From: a virus
Strand: one strand, 5' to 3'
Virus record (IMG/VR): IMGVR_UViG_3300044653_000098
Span: 77,725 to 141,724 of that record
Length of the DNA stretch: 64,000 nucleotides
Shown piece after piece: positions 9,630-18,654 of this stretch. Both the position numbers and the translations under genes were made by a program. The notes below the pieces were generated by a model, which was given only the letters and a program-made list of their open reading frames with translations, searched no databases and was not told where the DNA came from. Within the stretch, counting starts at the first letter, position 1, and each line of letters starts with the position of its first letter.

Positions 9630-10775
9630 ATGGAAGAGCCCAGCACGCCTGGGCGCGCATTCCAGCTCGGAAGCAGGAGGATGCGCATGCCGCAACCTGT
9701 AAGTGCAGTGCCGTCATCGCCGGAAGAGTTCGTCAGGCTGTACCGCGATTATGTCGTGCATCTGGTCCGCAAGCTCGGGGTTCCGGACCAGGACTGTGAG
9801 GACGTCGCGAACGACATCCTGGAGAAAGAGCTGAGGGCCAGGGACACGCTCGGCCGCGAGGTCGGGGTCCTGGCGCTCTACAACCCCCGGCACGAGGTCG
9901 AGTTCCAGGGCGAGCGCAAGCGGGTAACCTTCCGCGCGTTCCTGTCCGCCCGGGTAGCCCTGAGAGTGCGGGGCAAGCGCGAGACCATTCAGCGCCGCGC
10001 CGGGCGCGAGCTGCTGATCTGCGACTCCGCGGTCAGCGACGGCCAGAGCTGGATCGACCTGTTCGGGGGATCGGTCACCGACGACTACAGCCACCTGGAC
10101 GCCGAGGAGTGGCTGGCCGCCATGCGTGACCGGCTGGCCCGCGTTCCCCGCAGCTCCCCCGGTGACAGCTGCGACCTCATCGCCTTGTTTGATGAGCTGG
10201 TCAGCCAGATCAAGCGGACCGGGGCGATCGACCGGTCCGCGGTGCAGTCCCGCTTCGACGTTGCCGACACCACGGTGACCAACTGGCTGCACCGGCTTCG
10301 CGAAATTATGGGCGCCGTCCCCGGCACCGAGCTGGCCCCGCCGGAGAGCCGCGTCATCGGCGGCGTGACCCTGACCATGGCCGACATCCGGATGGCGCTC
10401 AACGTTCTGCGCAGCGCCCCCGGCATCATGGTCCGGCAGCCGCTGGCCAAGGCCGGGCACCCGCTGGCCAGGGCCGAGGCGGGCTGGTACCACTCTTTCT
10501 CCAAGGAAGAGATCAAGGCTTTCCCCGAGATCGCGGTCGACCCCCAGACCCACCGCAAGCCTGCCGGGCACGTGAAGCTCGCCGTGATCCACCGGCTGGA
10601 GCGGATGCTCGGGCTGCTCATGGCCGAGGCCCCGGCGCCCGAGCCGGAAGAGCCGCTGACCGAGTGGGAGCTGACCGAGGCCCGCCTGTGGTCGGCCGGC
10701 CTGAAGGACACCTCGGTGCTGGATGAGATCCACAAGTGGTGGGAGACCAGCCACTCGGAGGTATCAGTCGCATGA
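9630..10775 (+). CDS. sigma-70 region 2 (ECF-like) containing protein, candidate middle-gene sigma factor
   Basis: FVRLYRDYVVHLVRKLGVPDQDCEDVANDI resembles ECF region 2; TFRAFL; HTH-like RFDVADTTVTNWLHRLR. Confidence 0.55.
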   Translation: MEEPSTPGRAFQLGSRRMRMPQPVSAVPSSPEEFVRLYRDYVVHLVRKLGVPDQDCEDVANDILEKELRARDTLGREVGVLALYNPRHEVEFQGERKRVTFRAFLSARVALRVRGKRETIQRRAGRELLICDSAVSDGQSWIDLFGGSVTDDYSHLDAEEWLAAMRDRLARVPRSSPGDSCDLIALFDELVSQIKRTGAIDRSAVQSRFDVADTTVTNWLHRLREIMGAVPGTELAPPESRVIGGVTLTMADIRMALNVLRSAPGIMVRQPLAKAGHPLARAEAGWYHSFSKEEIKAFPEIAVDPQTHRKPAGHVKLAVIHRLERMLGLLMAEAPAPEPEEPLTEWELTEARLWSAGLKDTSVLDEIHKWWETSHSEVSVA

Positions 10776-10918
10776 TGGCAGAACAGACGGTTGTCGTTCA
10801 GGGTCTGGATGTCCTGGGCATCGTTGCAAGTATCGGGCTGGTGGTACTGATCTTTGGTCTTGTGTGGGTCATCAATCTCCTGGGCGACATCCGCAGAGAG
10901 CTGCGGAGGAATCGGTGA
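10772..10918 (+). CDS. small membrane protein
   Basis: One long hydrophobic segment followed by basic residues. Confidence 0.55.
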   Translation: MMAEQTVVVQGLDVLGIVASIGLVVLIFGLVWVINLLGDIRRELRRNR

Positions 10919-11703
10919 TCGTCGGCCACGACCGCGTCATGACCGAGTTGCTGTGCTGCTCCGAGCCGGCCATGCTTCTGCAGGGCCCCGCCAGCGTCGG
11001 CAAGTTCACCGCAGCCCGTCACGTCGCCTACTCCTGGGAAGTGCAGCAGGCCGACCTGTTCTGCATCGAGAAGCTTTCAGCAAACGATGCTAAGCGGGTG
11101 GCTGACCAGCTGGCTTACATCCCGCCGTTCGGTGAGCTGAAGGCGTTCATCATCCGGACGGACGGATCCACCCCCATCGCCCAGAACATCCTGCTGAAGA
11201 CGCTGGAGGAGCCCACGCCCGGCATCCGGTTCTTCCTGGTGGCTTCGGAGCCTGTGCTGCCCACGATCGCCTCGCGGTGCCGCCTGTTCCAGTTCGGGCT
11301 GCTCAGCGACGGTGAGGTCGAGCAGGTGCTTCGCCAGACCGGGATGAATGCCGAGTCGGCCGCCTTCCACGCACCGCTCGGCGCGGGCCGGGTGCAGGCC
11401 GCCAGGGCCGGGGTCAGTCCCCATGCCCGCGGTCAGGTCGTCTCAGCGCTGCGTGCGCTGGCCGCCAGGGATCCGTCCATGCTGCCCGCCGCCCTGAGGG
11501 AATGGGACGAGGCGGCTCACGAGCTGCTCAAGTTGTGGGCTGCTGAGGCCGCCTCCGGCCGGTGGCGCGTGTTCACTGACGAGAGCGCCCCCGGTGCCAG
11601 TGCGGACATGGCCCGGAAGTTGCTCGGCCGGCTGGGCAGCTACTCCCAGAGCGCTCCCAAGCTGGCGGCTTACGCCGCGCTCGACTCCCTGTGCTGGAGC
11701 TGA
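10915..11703 (+). CDS. holB: DNA polymerase III delta-prime-like clamp loader subunit
   Basis: MIVGHD, LLQGPASVGK, AQNILLKTLEEP, LPTIASRC. Confidence 0.8.
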   Translation: MIVGHDRVMTELLCCSEPAMLLQGPASVGKFTAARHVAYSWEVQQADLFCIEKLSANDAKRVADQLAYIPPFGELKAFIIRTDGSTPIAQNILLKTLEEPTPGIRFFLVASEPVLPTIASRCRLFQFGLLSDGEVEQVLRQTGMNAESAAFHAPLGAGRVQAARAGVSPHARGQVVSALRALAARDPSMLPAALREWDEAAHELLKLWAAEAASGRWRVFTDESAPGASADMARKLLGRLGSYSQSAPKLAAYAALDSLCWS

Positions 11704-11765
11704 TTTCCTGCGCGATACCCCTCCTGTCGTGCAGCATTGCACCGACCACATAGGAGGGGAATACG

Positions 11766-12323
11766 ATGCCTGACGAGATCGGGGCTGTCGACCTCAGCGG
11801 ACTGCCCGGCAGGATGGATGCCGCCCGGCGGCAGAGGAGTGAGCCGCCTCACCCGCAGCGCCCTCCGTCCCGGACCACCGCCAGGGTGCACTCGGCGGTG
11901 ACCAATCCAGATGGATCTGGCGTAGCCCAGATCATGGTCACGGACGACGCTCCTCCGTGGATGACCCCTGAGCTGGAGCAGAGCCACAAAGACCTGCTCG
12001 ACCTGGGTGAGCAGGTGCAGCGGCGCAGTCAGGAGGTGCTGCGCTACGGGGGGAACATCCCCCTGGAGAGCATGTTCTCCCTGCAGCTGTTCACGCTGGT
12101 CGACATGCTCTTCCCGCGGACCACCGAGCGCGGCCAGAGGCAGTTTCTGGAGTATCAGGTCCGGGTGCAGAACCGGCTGCTGGAGATTCTCGACTCCGTT
12201 GAGGCGCAGATCCACCAGGCAGCCCTGGCCGCCGGGAGTCACGTTCCCCCGGAGGCCCTGGCCCGGATGGCTGAGCGCGCCGGGATACCCACCCCGGCGG
12301 CCGAGCAGAGACGAGGTGGATGA
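11766..12323 (+). CDS. hypothetical protein
   Basis: AGGAGG SD, coherent ORF. Confidence 0.6.
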   Translation: MPDEIGAVDLSGLPGRMDAARRQRSEPPHPQRPPSRTTARVHSAVTNPDGSGVAQIMVTDDAPPWMTPELEQSHKDLLDLGEQVQRRSQEVLRYGGNIPLESMFSLQLFTLVDMLFPRTTERGQRQFLEYQVRVQNRLLEILDSVEAQIHQAALAAGSHVPPEALARMAERAGIPTPAAEQRRGG

Positions 12324-13291
12324 TGGCAACTTACGGGCAGTGGGCTAAGAAACGGGAGCTGGGCAGGATCAGCTGGGTCTGCGGCAATGAGCCCGTGCTG
12401 ATCGAGGAGATCGTCGCCACGGCGCTGGCGCAGGCCACGTCCAGCCTCGTCCTTGATGCGGCGGAATGCACTGAGGCCGACGTCTGGTCCGCGGCCGCCT
12501 CACCGCCGGCCGATCCGGACGAGCGCCTGCTGGTTCTCGTCCGCAGCGCCCAGCGGCTGAAACGGTGGGATCAGCTCGCCCCGCTGCTCACCGCCCGCGA
12601 CCTCGGTCAGGTCCGGGTGCTGTTCGTCTCCTCTGAGGAACGGCTGGCCAGGCGCCGCGGTGAGGACGAGGAGAAGGCGGTCCTCGCACCGCATCTGGCC
12701 CTGCTGCGCGACAGCCGGCCGGGGATGGTGGTGGAGTGCCGGGTGCCGGAAGACTGGCGGGACATGCCCGAGTGGCTGCTTGAGTGGGCCAGCACGGCGC
12801 TCGGCGGTGCCGGGCGCGTGGCCGGGGAGATGCTGCTCATGCTGTCCGGCAGCATCACCGAAGCGGCTGCGGTGGCTGCCAAGCTCACCGGAGCCGGGAT
12901 CCCCCCGAGCCGGGAGATGATCACTGCCCTGGCCGACCCGGCCGCTTCCTACACCGAGGCTGTGATAGCTGGACGCACGGCGGAGGCCCTGGCAGCGGCC
13001 GCGGGCATGACCCGCGAGGACACCGGGGCTGCGATCGGGCTGCTTGCCTCCCGGCTCGACCTGCTGCTTGCCCTCCACGAGGCCGCCATGAGGCACTGGG
13101 ACGCCCGTGAGACCGCGGTGAAGGGCAGCGTGCCCAGCTTCCTCCAGCTGCGCTACAGGGCCGCTGCGGCCTCGTACAGCCACGAGCGTGCCCGCTCGCT
13201 CCGGCTGGTCCTGGCGGAAGCTGACGCAGCGTGGCGCTCGGGAGCCCAGGATGGGGTGCCGGAGTTCGTCGCGGTGCTGTGGGCGGCTTAG
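12320..13291 (+). CDS. DNA polymerase III delta-like clamp loader subunit (divergent)
   Basis: N-terminal ISWVCGNEPVLIEE resembles HolA (YLLxGEExxL); RLLVLVRSAQ; size about 320 aa; other loader subunits present. Confidence 0.55.
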   Translation: MMATYGQWAKKRELGRISWVCGNEPVLIEEIVATALAQATSSLVLDAAECTEADVWSAAASPPADPDERLLVLVRSAQRLKRWDQLAPLLTARDLGQVRVLFVSSEERLARRRGEDEEKAVLAPHLALLRDSRPGMVVECRVPEDWRDMPEWLLEWASTALGGAGRVAGEMLLMLSGSITEAAAVAAKLTGAGIPPSREMITALADPAASYTEAVIAGRTAEALAAAAGMTREDTGAAIGLLASRLDLLLALHEAAMRHWDARETAVKGSVPSFLQLRYRAAAASYSHERARSLRLVLAEADAAWRSGAQDGVPEFVAVLWAA

Positions 13292-13305
13292 GAGGTAGCA
13301 GGGAC

Positions 13306-13746
13306 ATGACGACCAAGCCACGCCAGCGCCCTGGCGATCAGCCGCTGCCGGTCCCGAATGAGCGTCCCTCGATTCATGATCTGGCAATCGAGGATCTGAC
13401 GACCGGGCTGTTCAGTGATCCCGCCCCCGGCATCGACCTCATGGGGTCGCGCAAAGACCTTGGACTGGAGCGGTACGGCTCCCTGCTGCAGGCGTTCAAC
13501 GGCCGTGACGCGCACCGGGATTCCCTGGAAGAGATGGCTGATCTAATCGTCTACACCAGGCAGATGATTGAGGAGCACCGGGAGGCTGGAACACCCCCTG
13601 GGCCCATGCTCATTAGGCTGGAGGTTGTCTACCAGACCCTGCTGTTCCTGCTAGTCGATATGTCGACACTCTCGCTTCCTGCGCCAGAGCCGAGCTATGG
13701 TGATGGTGAGCAGGCAGGAGAGCCTGCGGACGGAGCTGGTTCATGA
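13306..13746 (+). CDS. putative all-alpha NTP pyrophosphohydrolase-like protein
   Basis: GLERYG..NGRDAHRDSLEEMADLIVY (EExxD motif). Confidence 0.4.
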   Translation: MTTKPRQRPGDQPLPVPNERPSIHDLAIEDLTTGLFSDPAPGIDLMGSRKDLGLERYGSLLQAFNGRDAHRDSLEEMADLIVYTRQMIEEHREAGTPPGPMLIRLEVVYQTLLFLLVDMSTLSLPAPEPSYGDGEQAGEPADGAGS

Positions 13747-14135
13747 CAGGCGCAGCCCCGCCCAGCTGGCGGGTTTACCAGAAGGAATGGACCGTCGTCT
13801 ACACCAGTGATGCAACGGACAAGGAAGGCGCGGCGGAGACCAGCCGGTTCCTTGCCGAGCATTATGATGGCCGCCTGAACGACGAGGACATCCGGATGAG
13901 TCTTACGGTCCCTGTCCTCGTGAACGGCCAGCGCCCCGAGAACTGCGAGCCAACGCATGCGCGCGGCTCGGTGCGGACCTGGAACCTCCGTGGTGAGTGG
14001 GGCCTGCGCGAGGACGCAGACAACCACGTCGAGAGGATCTGGGCCGCAGAAGGTGTAGTCCCTACCGTGGTGGGGGCAGAAACACCACAGGAGCAGGAGC
14101 TGCTCGATTACGGGAAGAGGATGCTGCCCGCATGA
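13743..14135 (+). CDS. hypothetical protein
   Basis: ATGA overlaps at both ends. Confidence 0.6.
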   Translation: MTGAAPPSWRVYQKEWTVVYTSDATDKEGAAETSRFLAEHYDGRLNDEDIRMSLTVPVLVNGQRPENCEPTHARGSVRTWNLRGEWGLREDADNHVERIWAAEGVVPTVVGAETPQEQELLDYGKRMLPA

Positions 14136-14308
14136 GCCCAGTTGCTGTCGAGGCACTCGAAACCAGGCTGGCGCAGACAGAGCGCGAGCGTGACTTCGCG
14201 AACACGGTGGCCGCGGAGGCCGTCCGCATGCTCAGCGATGATCAGCTTCACGCGCTGCGCCGCCGGCTGGCGGGGTGCGACGAGCCTGCGCTCGTCCGCA
14301 CGGGCTGA
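14132..14308 (+). CDS. small coiled-coil hypothetical protein
   Basis: MSPVAVEALETRLAQTERER; coupled start and stop. Confidence 0.5.
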   Translation: MSPVAVEALETRLAQTERERDFANTVAAEAVRMLSDDQLHALRRRLAGCDEPALVRTG

Positions 14309-14649
14309 TGCGTGTCTACCGGGATCGCTCCGGGCGTGTCGCCGGCACGTCCCAGGGCTGCTTGTCCTACTTTATCGGATGGTCGTTCGGGGTCATCCTC
14401 ACACTTGGGGGAATCGCCCTCATCTTCCTGTGGCCGCTGGCGGTCTTCCAGGGACCTAACGACTGGCAGCCCCGGCTCTTCTGGTTCTTCACCCAGTGGT
14501 TCCTCGTCTCCCTGATCGTCCGCCGGGTCTCCCGCGTCGCCAGGCGCCGCCGGCTCGCCGCGCAGGCCGACCGGGCCATCGCTGAAAAGTACGGGCCCGG
14601 CCCGAGGGACTGGTCGCCCATGACCGACGACGGCCGACGGGCAATCTGA
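14308..14649 (+). CDS. two-TM membrane protein
   Basis: TGATG coupling; two hydrophobic helices and a basic tail. Confidence 0.55.
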   Translation: MRVYRDRSGRVAGTSQGCLSYFIGWSFGVILTLGGIALIFLWPLAVFQGPNDWQPRLFWFFTQWFLVSLIVRRVSRVARRRRLAAQADRAIAEKYGPGPRDWSPMTDDGRRAI

Positions 14650-14671
14650 GCCTCACACGAGTAATACAGGC

Positions 14672-17203
14672 GTGAGCCAACCCACGACTGCGTTTGCGCC
14701 GGACTACGGTCTTATCTCCAGCGACGACGAGTTCGAGCAGCTCTGCCAGAAGCTGGTAGAAGATGGTCTGCCCTTCGGCTTTGACATCGAGACCAGCTAT
14801 GACGGCGAGCCCCGCGAGGAAGCCCAGCTGCACCCGGAGACTAACTTCGTCTGCGGGCTGAGCTTCACCAATGCCACGACCTGGGCCCGGTATGCACCGC
14901 TGCGCCACGACTTCGGGTTCAACCTGGACAACAAGCGCGCCGCCGTCGCCTTCTGGCAGGTGGTGCAGACCCGGCTGGGGATCCCGCACAACGCGAAGTT
15001 CGAGCGTCGCTGCCTGTCCCGCTGGTTCATGGAGTACCTGGGCGATCACCCGCTGCTGGGCGCCGCGGTGCGTGCGGCCTGCGGGTACTTCGACGTCCTG
15101 TCCGACACGATGCTGGAATCCTACGTCGAGGCGGCCAACCAGAAGCACGGGCTAAAGGAAATCACCTTCCTCAACTTCGGCCACAAGATGGCTGAGATCT
15201 TCGACCTGTTCCCGCAGCGCCTGACCAAGGGCGGCAAGCCGCGCAAGCTCACGCAGAAGGAACAGAAGAGCATCCGGTTCAGTGAGCTGGACCAGCACGA
15301 CCCTAAGGTCATCGCGTACGCCTGCGAGGACTCCCTGTGGGCGCTGGTCCACCACTACCGCCGCTACCCGGTGGTCAAGGACAACTGGATCTACCAGCTG
15401 GAGATGGCGATCCTGCCGATCGCCTGCAAGATGGAGGACCGGGGGGTCCAGTACGACTGGAACTTCCTGCGTGAGGGAGCAGTGCGCGCCCGGGCGTTCC
15501 AGGACAAGCTGGCGCGGGTGATCAACGCTGAGCTGACCAAGCTCGTGCGCGGGATGGACCCGGAAGCCGACGAGGTTGACATCAACCTCGCCTCCCCGGC
15601 GCAGATCTCCGCGGTGCTCTACGACAAGCTCGGGTTCACGACCCGGCGCAAGACCAACAGCGGGAAGAACTCGACCGACGAGGTCGCGCTGACCGGGCTG
15701 GCCAAGTCCTATCCGGTGGTCCAGCGGATCCTGGACTGGAAGTCGCTGAATAAGCTCGCAGGCACCTATCTGGAGGTCTACGAGGAGCGGTTCAGCTACG
15801 CACCTGATGGCAGGGCCCACCCCGGCTGGCTCCAGCATGGGGTGCCGGCCGGCCGGTTCGCGGCCGCGGGGCCGCCGGTCCAGCAGAGCCCCAAGCACTA
15901 CCACTACAAGATCACCCGCGAGGAGTGGCAGGAGGCCACCGGCACCGCGGCGGAGCAGGACATTACCTTTGACTTCAACTTCCGCGATGCGATCGTCGCC
16001 CCGCAGGGCTACTACCTGATCGGGTTCGACTACAAGAACATGGAGCTGCGGGTTCTGGCCGGCGAGGCCCAGGAGCCCGCGCTGCTGGAGGCGTTCGGCC
16101 GAGGCGAGGACGTCCACATGCTGACCGCCACGCTCATGCTCGGGCGCCCGGCGGCCCAGATCGCCAAGGACGACCGGGACAAGTTCGGCAAGATCATGAA
16201 CTTCGCCCTGTCCTATCAGATGGGTGTTGACGGCCTGTCCCAGCGTCTCGGTGTCAGCAAGGACGAAGCTCAGGCTTTGTTCGATCAGTATTTTTCTGCC
16301 TACACCCGGATCAAGGCGTACATGGACCAGACCGTGGCCAGCGCCAAGGCGCTCGGCTACATCACCACCCGGTTCGGCCGGAAGGTGAAGATCTGGGAGT
16401 TCCTGAGCAATGAGCGGTGGATCTACGCCGCCGGGGAGCGCCTGGCTGGGAACGCGCCGATCCAGGGCGCCGGGACCGGGGACTACCCGAAGATCGCCAT
16501 GGTGCGCGCTGAGGCGGCTCTGCAGCAGGCTGGGCTGGCGGACTCGGCCGAGCTGGTCATGAACATGCACGACGCCCTGTACTGGTACGTGAAGGCCGAC
16601 GTGGCCCCGGCCGACGTTATTCGCGTCCTGCAGCCCGCGGTTGTCTTCCCGGTTGAGGGCTGGCCGCCTATCGAGGTCGAGTGGTGCGCCGGGTACCGGT
16701 GGGGATCAATGAAGGACTTGGAGGTGCTGCCAGATGGCTCTGTACGGATCGCCGGAGCAGAGGAGCCAGCAGTCGGAGTACGTGAACCGGCTGGAGTACC
16801 TGAGCAAGATGAACCAGCCGCTGAGCCAGTCGGAGCGCGAGTGGCGGTTCCAGAGCCGGCGGTGGCCAGCGCTGCTCCTGCTGTGCTCGCTGGGCCTGCT
16901 CGCAGCCCTGACCCTGGCCTACCTGCTCTGGACACTGCGCCCCGCACTGTGATCGTCACGCTCGAACGTCAGCCCGAGGTCTTGGCCTGGACGGGTTTCT
17001 GCGGCTGGTTGCAGAGCGATGAGATGGCCGGGAGCAACCGGGTGATCGTGCGTGTGCCCGCGGGAGAAGTGGAGCTGGATATGCGGTGCAAGCTCGACCC
17101 GGCGTGGCAGCCTAATGTGTCCCTGCTCTTCGGCGGGGCGGTGGTCAACTACGCTCCTGATAGCGTCGATACAGGAGCCCTGGCCGCCGGACTGAGCCTT
17201 TAG
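14672..17203 (+). CDS. polA: family A DNA polymerase with 3'-5' exonuclease and C-terminal extension
   Basis: FDIET, HNAKFE, YACED (Exo I-III); FDYKNMELRVLA (motif A), KIMNFALSY (B), NMHD (C). Confidence 0.9.
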   Translation: MSQPTTAFAPDYGLISSDDEFEQLCQKLVEDGLPFGFDIETSYDGEPREEAQLHPETNFVCGLSFTNATTWARYAPLRHDFGFNLDNKRAAVAFWQVVQTRLGIPHNAKFERRCLSRWFMEYLGDHPLLGAAVRAACGYFDVLSDTMLESYVEAANQKHGLKEITFLNFGHKMAEIFDLFPQRLTKGGKPRKLTQKEQKSIRFSELDQHDPKVIAYACEDSLWALVHHYRRYPVVKDNWIYQLEMAILPIACKMEDRGVQYDWNFLREGAVRARAFQDKLARVINAELTKLVRGMDPEADEVDINLASPAQISAVLYDKLGFTTRRKTNSGKNSTDEVALTGLAKSYPVVQRILDWKSLNKLAGTYLEVYEERFSYAPDGRAHPGWLQHGVPAGRFAAAGPPVQQSPKHYHYKITREEWQEATGTAAEQDITFDFNFRDAIVAPQGYYLIGFDYKNMELRVLAGEAQEPALLEAFGRGEDVHMLTATLMLGRPAAQIAKDDRDKFGKIMNFALSYQMGVDGLSQRLGVSKDEAQALFDQYFSAYTRIKAYMDQTVASAKALGYITTRFGRKVKIWEFLSNERWIYAAGERLAGNAPIQGAGTGDYPKIAMVRAEAALQQAGLADSAELVMNMHDALYWYVKADVAPADVIRVLQPAVVFPVEGWPPIEVEWCAGYRWGSMKDLEVLPDGSVRIAGAEEPAVGVREPAGVPEQDEPAAEPVGARVAVPEPAVASAAPAVLAGPARSPDPGLPALDTAPRTVIVTLERQPEVLAWTGFCGWLQSDEMAGSNRVIVRVPAGEVELDMRCKLDPAWQPNVSLLFGGAVVNYAPDSVDTGALAAGLSL

Positions 17204-17217
17204 GGAGTAACAGGATC

Positions 17218-17601
17218 ATGGATATCGAATACCACTGGGCGAGTGAGTACGCCCGCCGCAAGTTCGGCGTCACATTGAACGATGGAGACGATCTCTACCG
17301 TCTCCTCCGGGACATCCACCTCCGGGGCAGCGCCCCTGAGATTGCTGCGAAGCTGACGGGCGATCAGGTGTTCAACCTGCTGAGCCTGGAGGCTGAATAC
17401 CGCGCTCTTACCGCATACGGGATCTACGTCGGCGGCCTGTACGAGGCCGGAGGCGAGGCTGCGCTGCCTCCCGATGCACAGGACACCGCCACTAGGCTGC
17501 GTAAGCTGGCGGCGACACGCCAGGAGATGTTCGCTGACCTGCGCTCCAAGTTCGGGGCCGAGGAGCCTGCTATGGCCGGCGCGGCCGGGGCCGGTGTCTA
17601 G
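17218..17601 (+). CDS. hypothetical protein
   Basis: GTAACAG-N4-ATG. Confidence 0.6.
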   Translation: MDIEYHWASEYARRKFGVTLNDGDDLYRLLRDIHLRGSAPEIAAKLTGDQVFNLLSLEAEYRALTAYGIYVGGLYEAGGEAALPPDAQDTATRLRKLAATRQEMFADLRSKFGAEEPAMAGAAGAGV

Positions 17602-18106
17602 CCCGGACCCATCCGCTAACCTCCGCGCTGCGATACTCAGCTGGCTTCAGGAGGCACAGCGCCTGCGCGCTCAGGTGTCGGCCGCTGTGCCTCCTCTGGG
17701 CTCTCACCCGGACCGCTTCGCTGAGGCGCTGCTGGTGGCCCGCGGGTGCCAGGACCGGGTCGAGCAGATCCTCGGTGAGGCGGAGAGCCTGCGGCACATG
17801 TCCCGTCGGTGGGCCTGGGATCTGGAAGCCACCGCCGACGACGCCTACGATGCCCAGGTGGCTGCGAACCGCCAGATGGGTCGCGGCGGTGAAGGCGACT
17901 ACCGCACCGGCCGCGAGCGCCAGGCGGAGATCAATCTTTCGATACTTACCCAGCTTCAGGCTCACCGGAGCGCCCGTCGTTTCTACGATGAAGTGGACGA
18001 GCTGGTCGAGCGGCTGCGGATCCTGCATCGCGGGATTGATGGAACGCGCCAGGATCTCGGCAACTACCTGCGTCACGTGCAGTGGGAAAAGAGCATGGAA
18101 CGATGA
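17594..18106 (+). CDS. helical/coiled-coil hypothetical protein (UvsY-like size and position)
   Basis: GTG 17594; amphipathic helices; function is inference only. Confidence 0.5.
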   Translation: MSSPDPSANLRAAILSWLQEAQRLRAQVSAAVPPLGSHPDRFAEALLVARGCQDRVEQILGEAESLRHMSRRWAWDLEATADDAYDAQVAANRQMGRGGEGDYRTGRERQAEINLSILTQLQAHRSARRFYDEVDELVERLRILHRGIDGTRQDLGNYLRHVQWEKSMER

Positions 18107-18333
18107 GATGCCACAGGTGCCATAAAATGATAGGCCCTGGCGTCGCATGGGCTAAGCACGTGGAGTGTCGCCGGGTAGATGGAGTGCTGAAGGTCTTCGG
18201 CAAAGACATGCCGGACGGGAAACTGGCCGACGCCCGCGGCGAGCTGGTGTGGGCCAAGGACTCCAAGTGCTACTGGATTGATGCAAAGCATGAAAAGCGA
18301 TCTGGAACTCCTGCGTCAGCGGCTGCGAGCTAA
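18103..18333 (+). CDS. hypothetical protein (CxxC)
   Basis: MRCHRCHK; ATGA overlap. Confidence 0.5.
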   Translation: MRCHRCHKMIGPGVAWAKHVECRRVDGVLKVFGKDMPDGKLADARGELVWAKDSKCYWIDAKHEKRSGTPASAAAS

Positions 18334-18472
18334 GCAGGCCGAGCGCGCCGCTGACCCCGGCTACCGGGAACGGCCGTCATCCGATTGGCGTCCCCAGGAT
18401 GTAGCCGACGTGGAGGAGCTGCTCAGTGCTGGCCAGCAAGATGAGAGACGAGCTGGACGAGAAGATCAATGA
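18290..18472 (+). CDS. small hypothetical protein
   Basis: ORF track; overlaps its neighbours. Confidence 0.4.
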   Translation: MKSDLELLRQRLRAKQAERAADPGYRERPSSDWRPQDVADVEELLSAGQQDERRAGREDQ

Positions 18473-18590
18473 GTTCGGGGACTTTGATGTCTGCATGGTC
18501 GACACTCTGCAGCCGGAGTGGCGCATTCCGGTGGCCGACATAGTTGTAGAGCTGGGCGATGCAGATAGATTCACGCTCGTCTCCGAGTAA
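18426..18590 (+). CDS. small acidic hypothetical protein (not in ORF track)
   Basis: GGAGG SD then GTG; MLASKMRDELDEKINEFGDFDVC...LVSE*. Confidence 0.45.
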   Translation: MLASKMRDELDEKINEFGDFDVCMVDTLQPEWRIPVADIVVELGDADRFTLVSE

Positions 18591-18654
18591 GTGGCTTTGT
18601 CAGAGCCCTCGGGTGTAATAGCTGTAACGATGACCCAAGCGCGAGGAGCGTGGC

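Noticed and set aside
14308-14649. Holin call for the two-TM protein
   Set aside because: It is far from the endolysin, has no late promoter motif and shows no family signature
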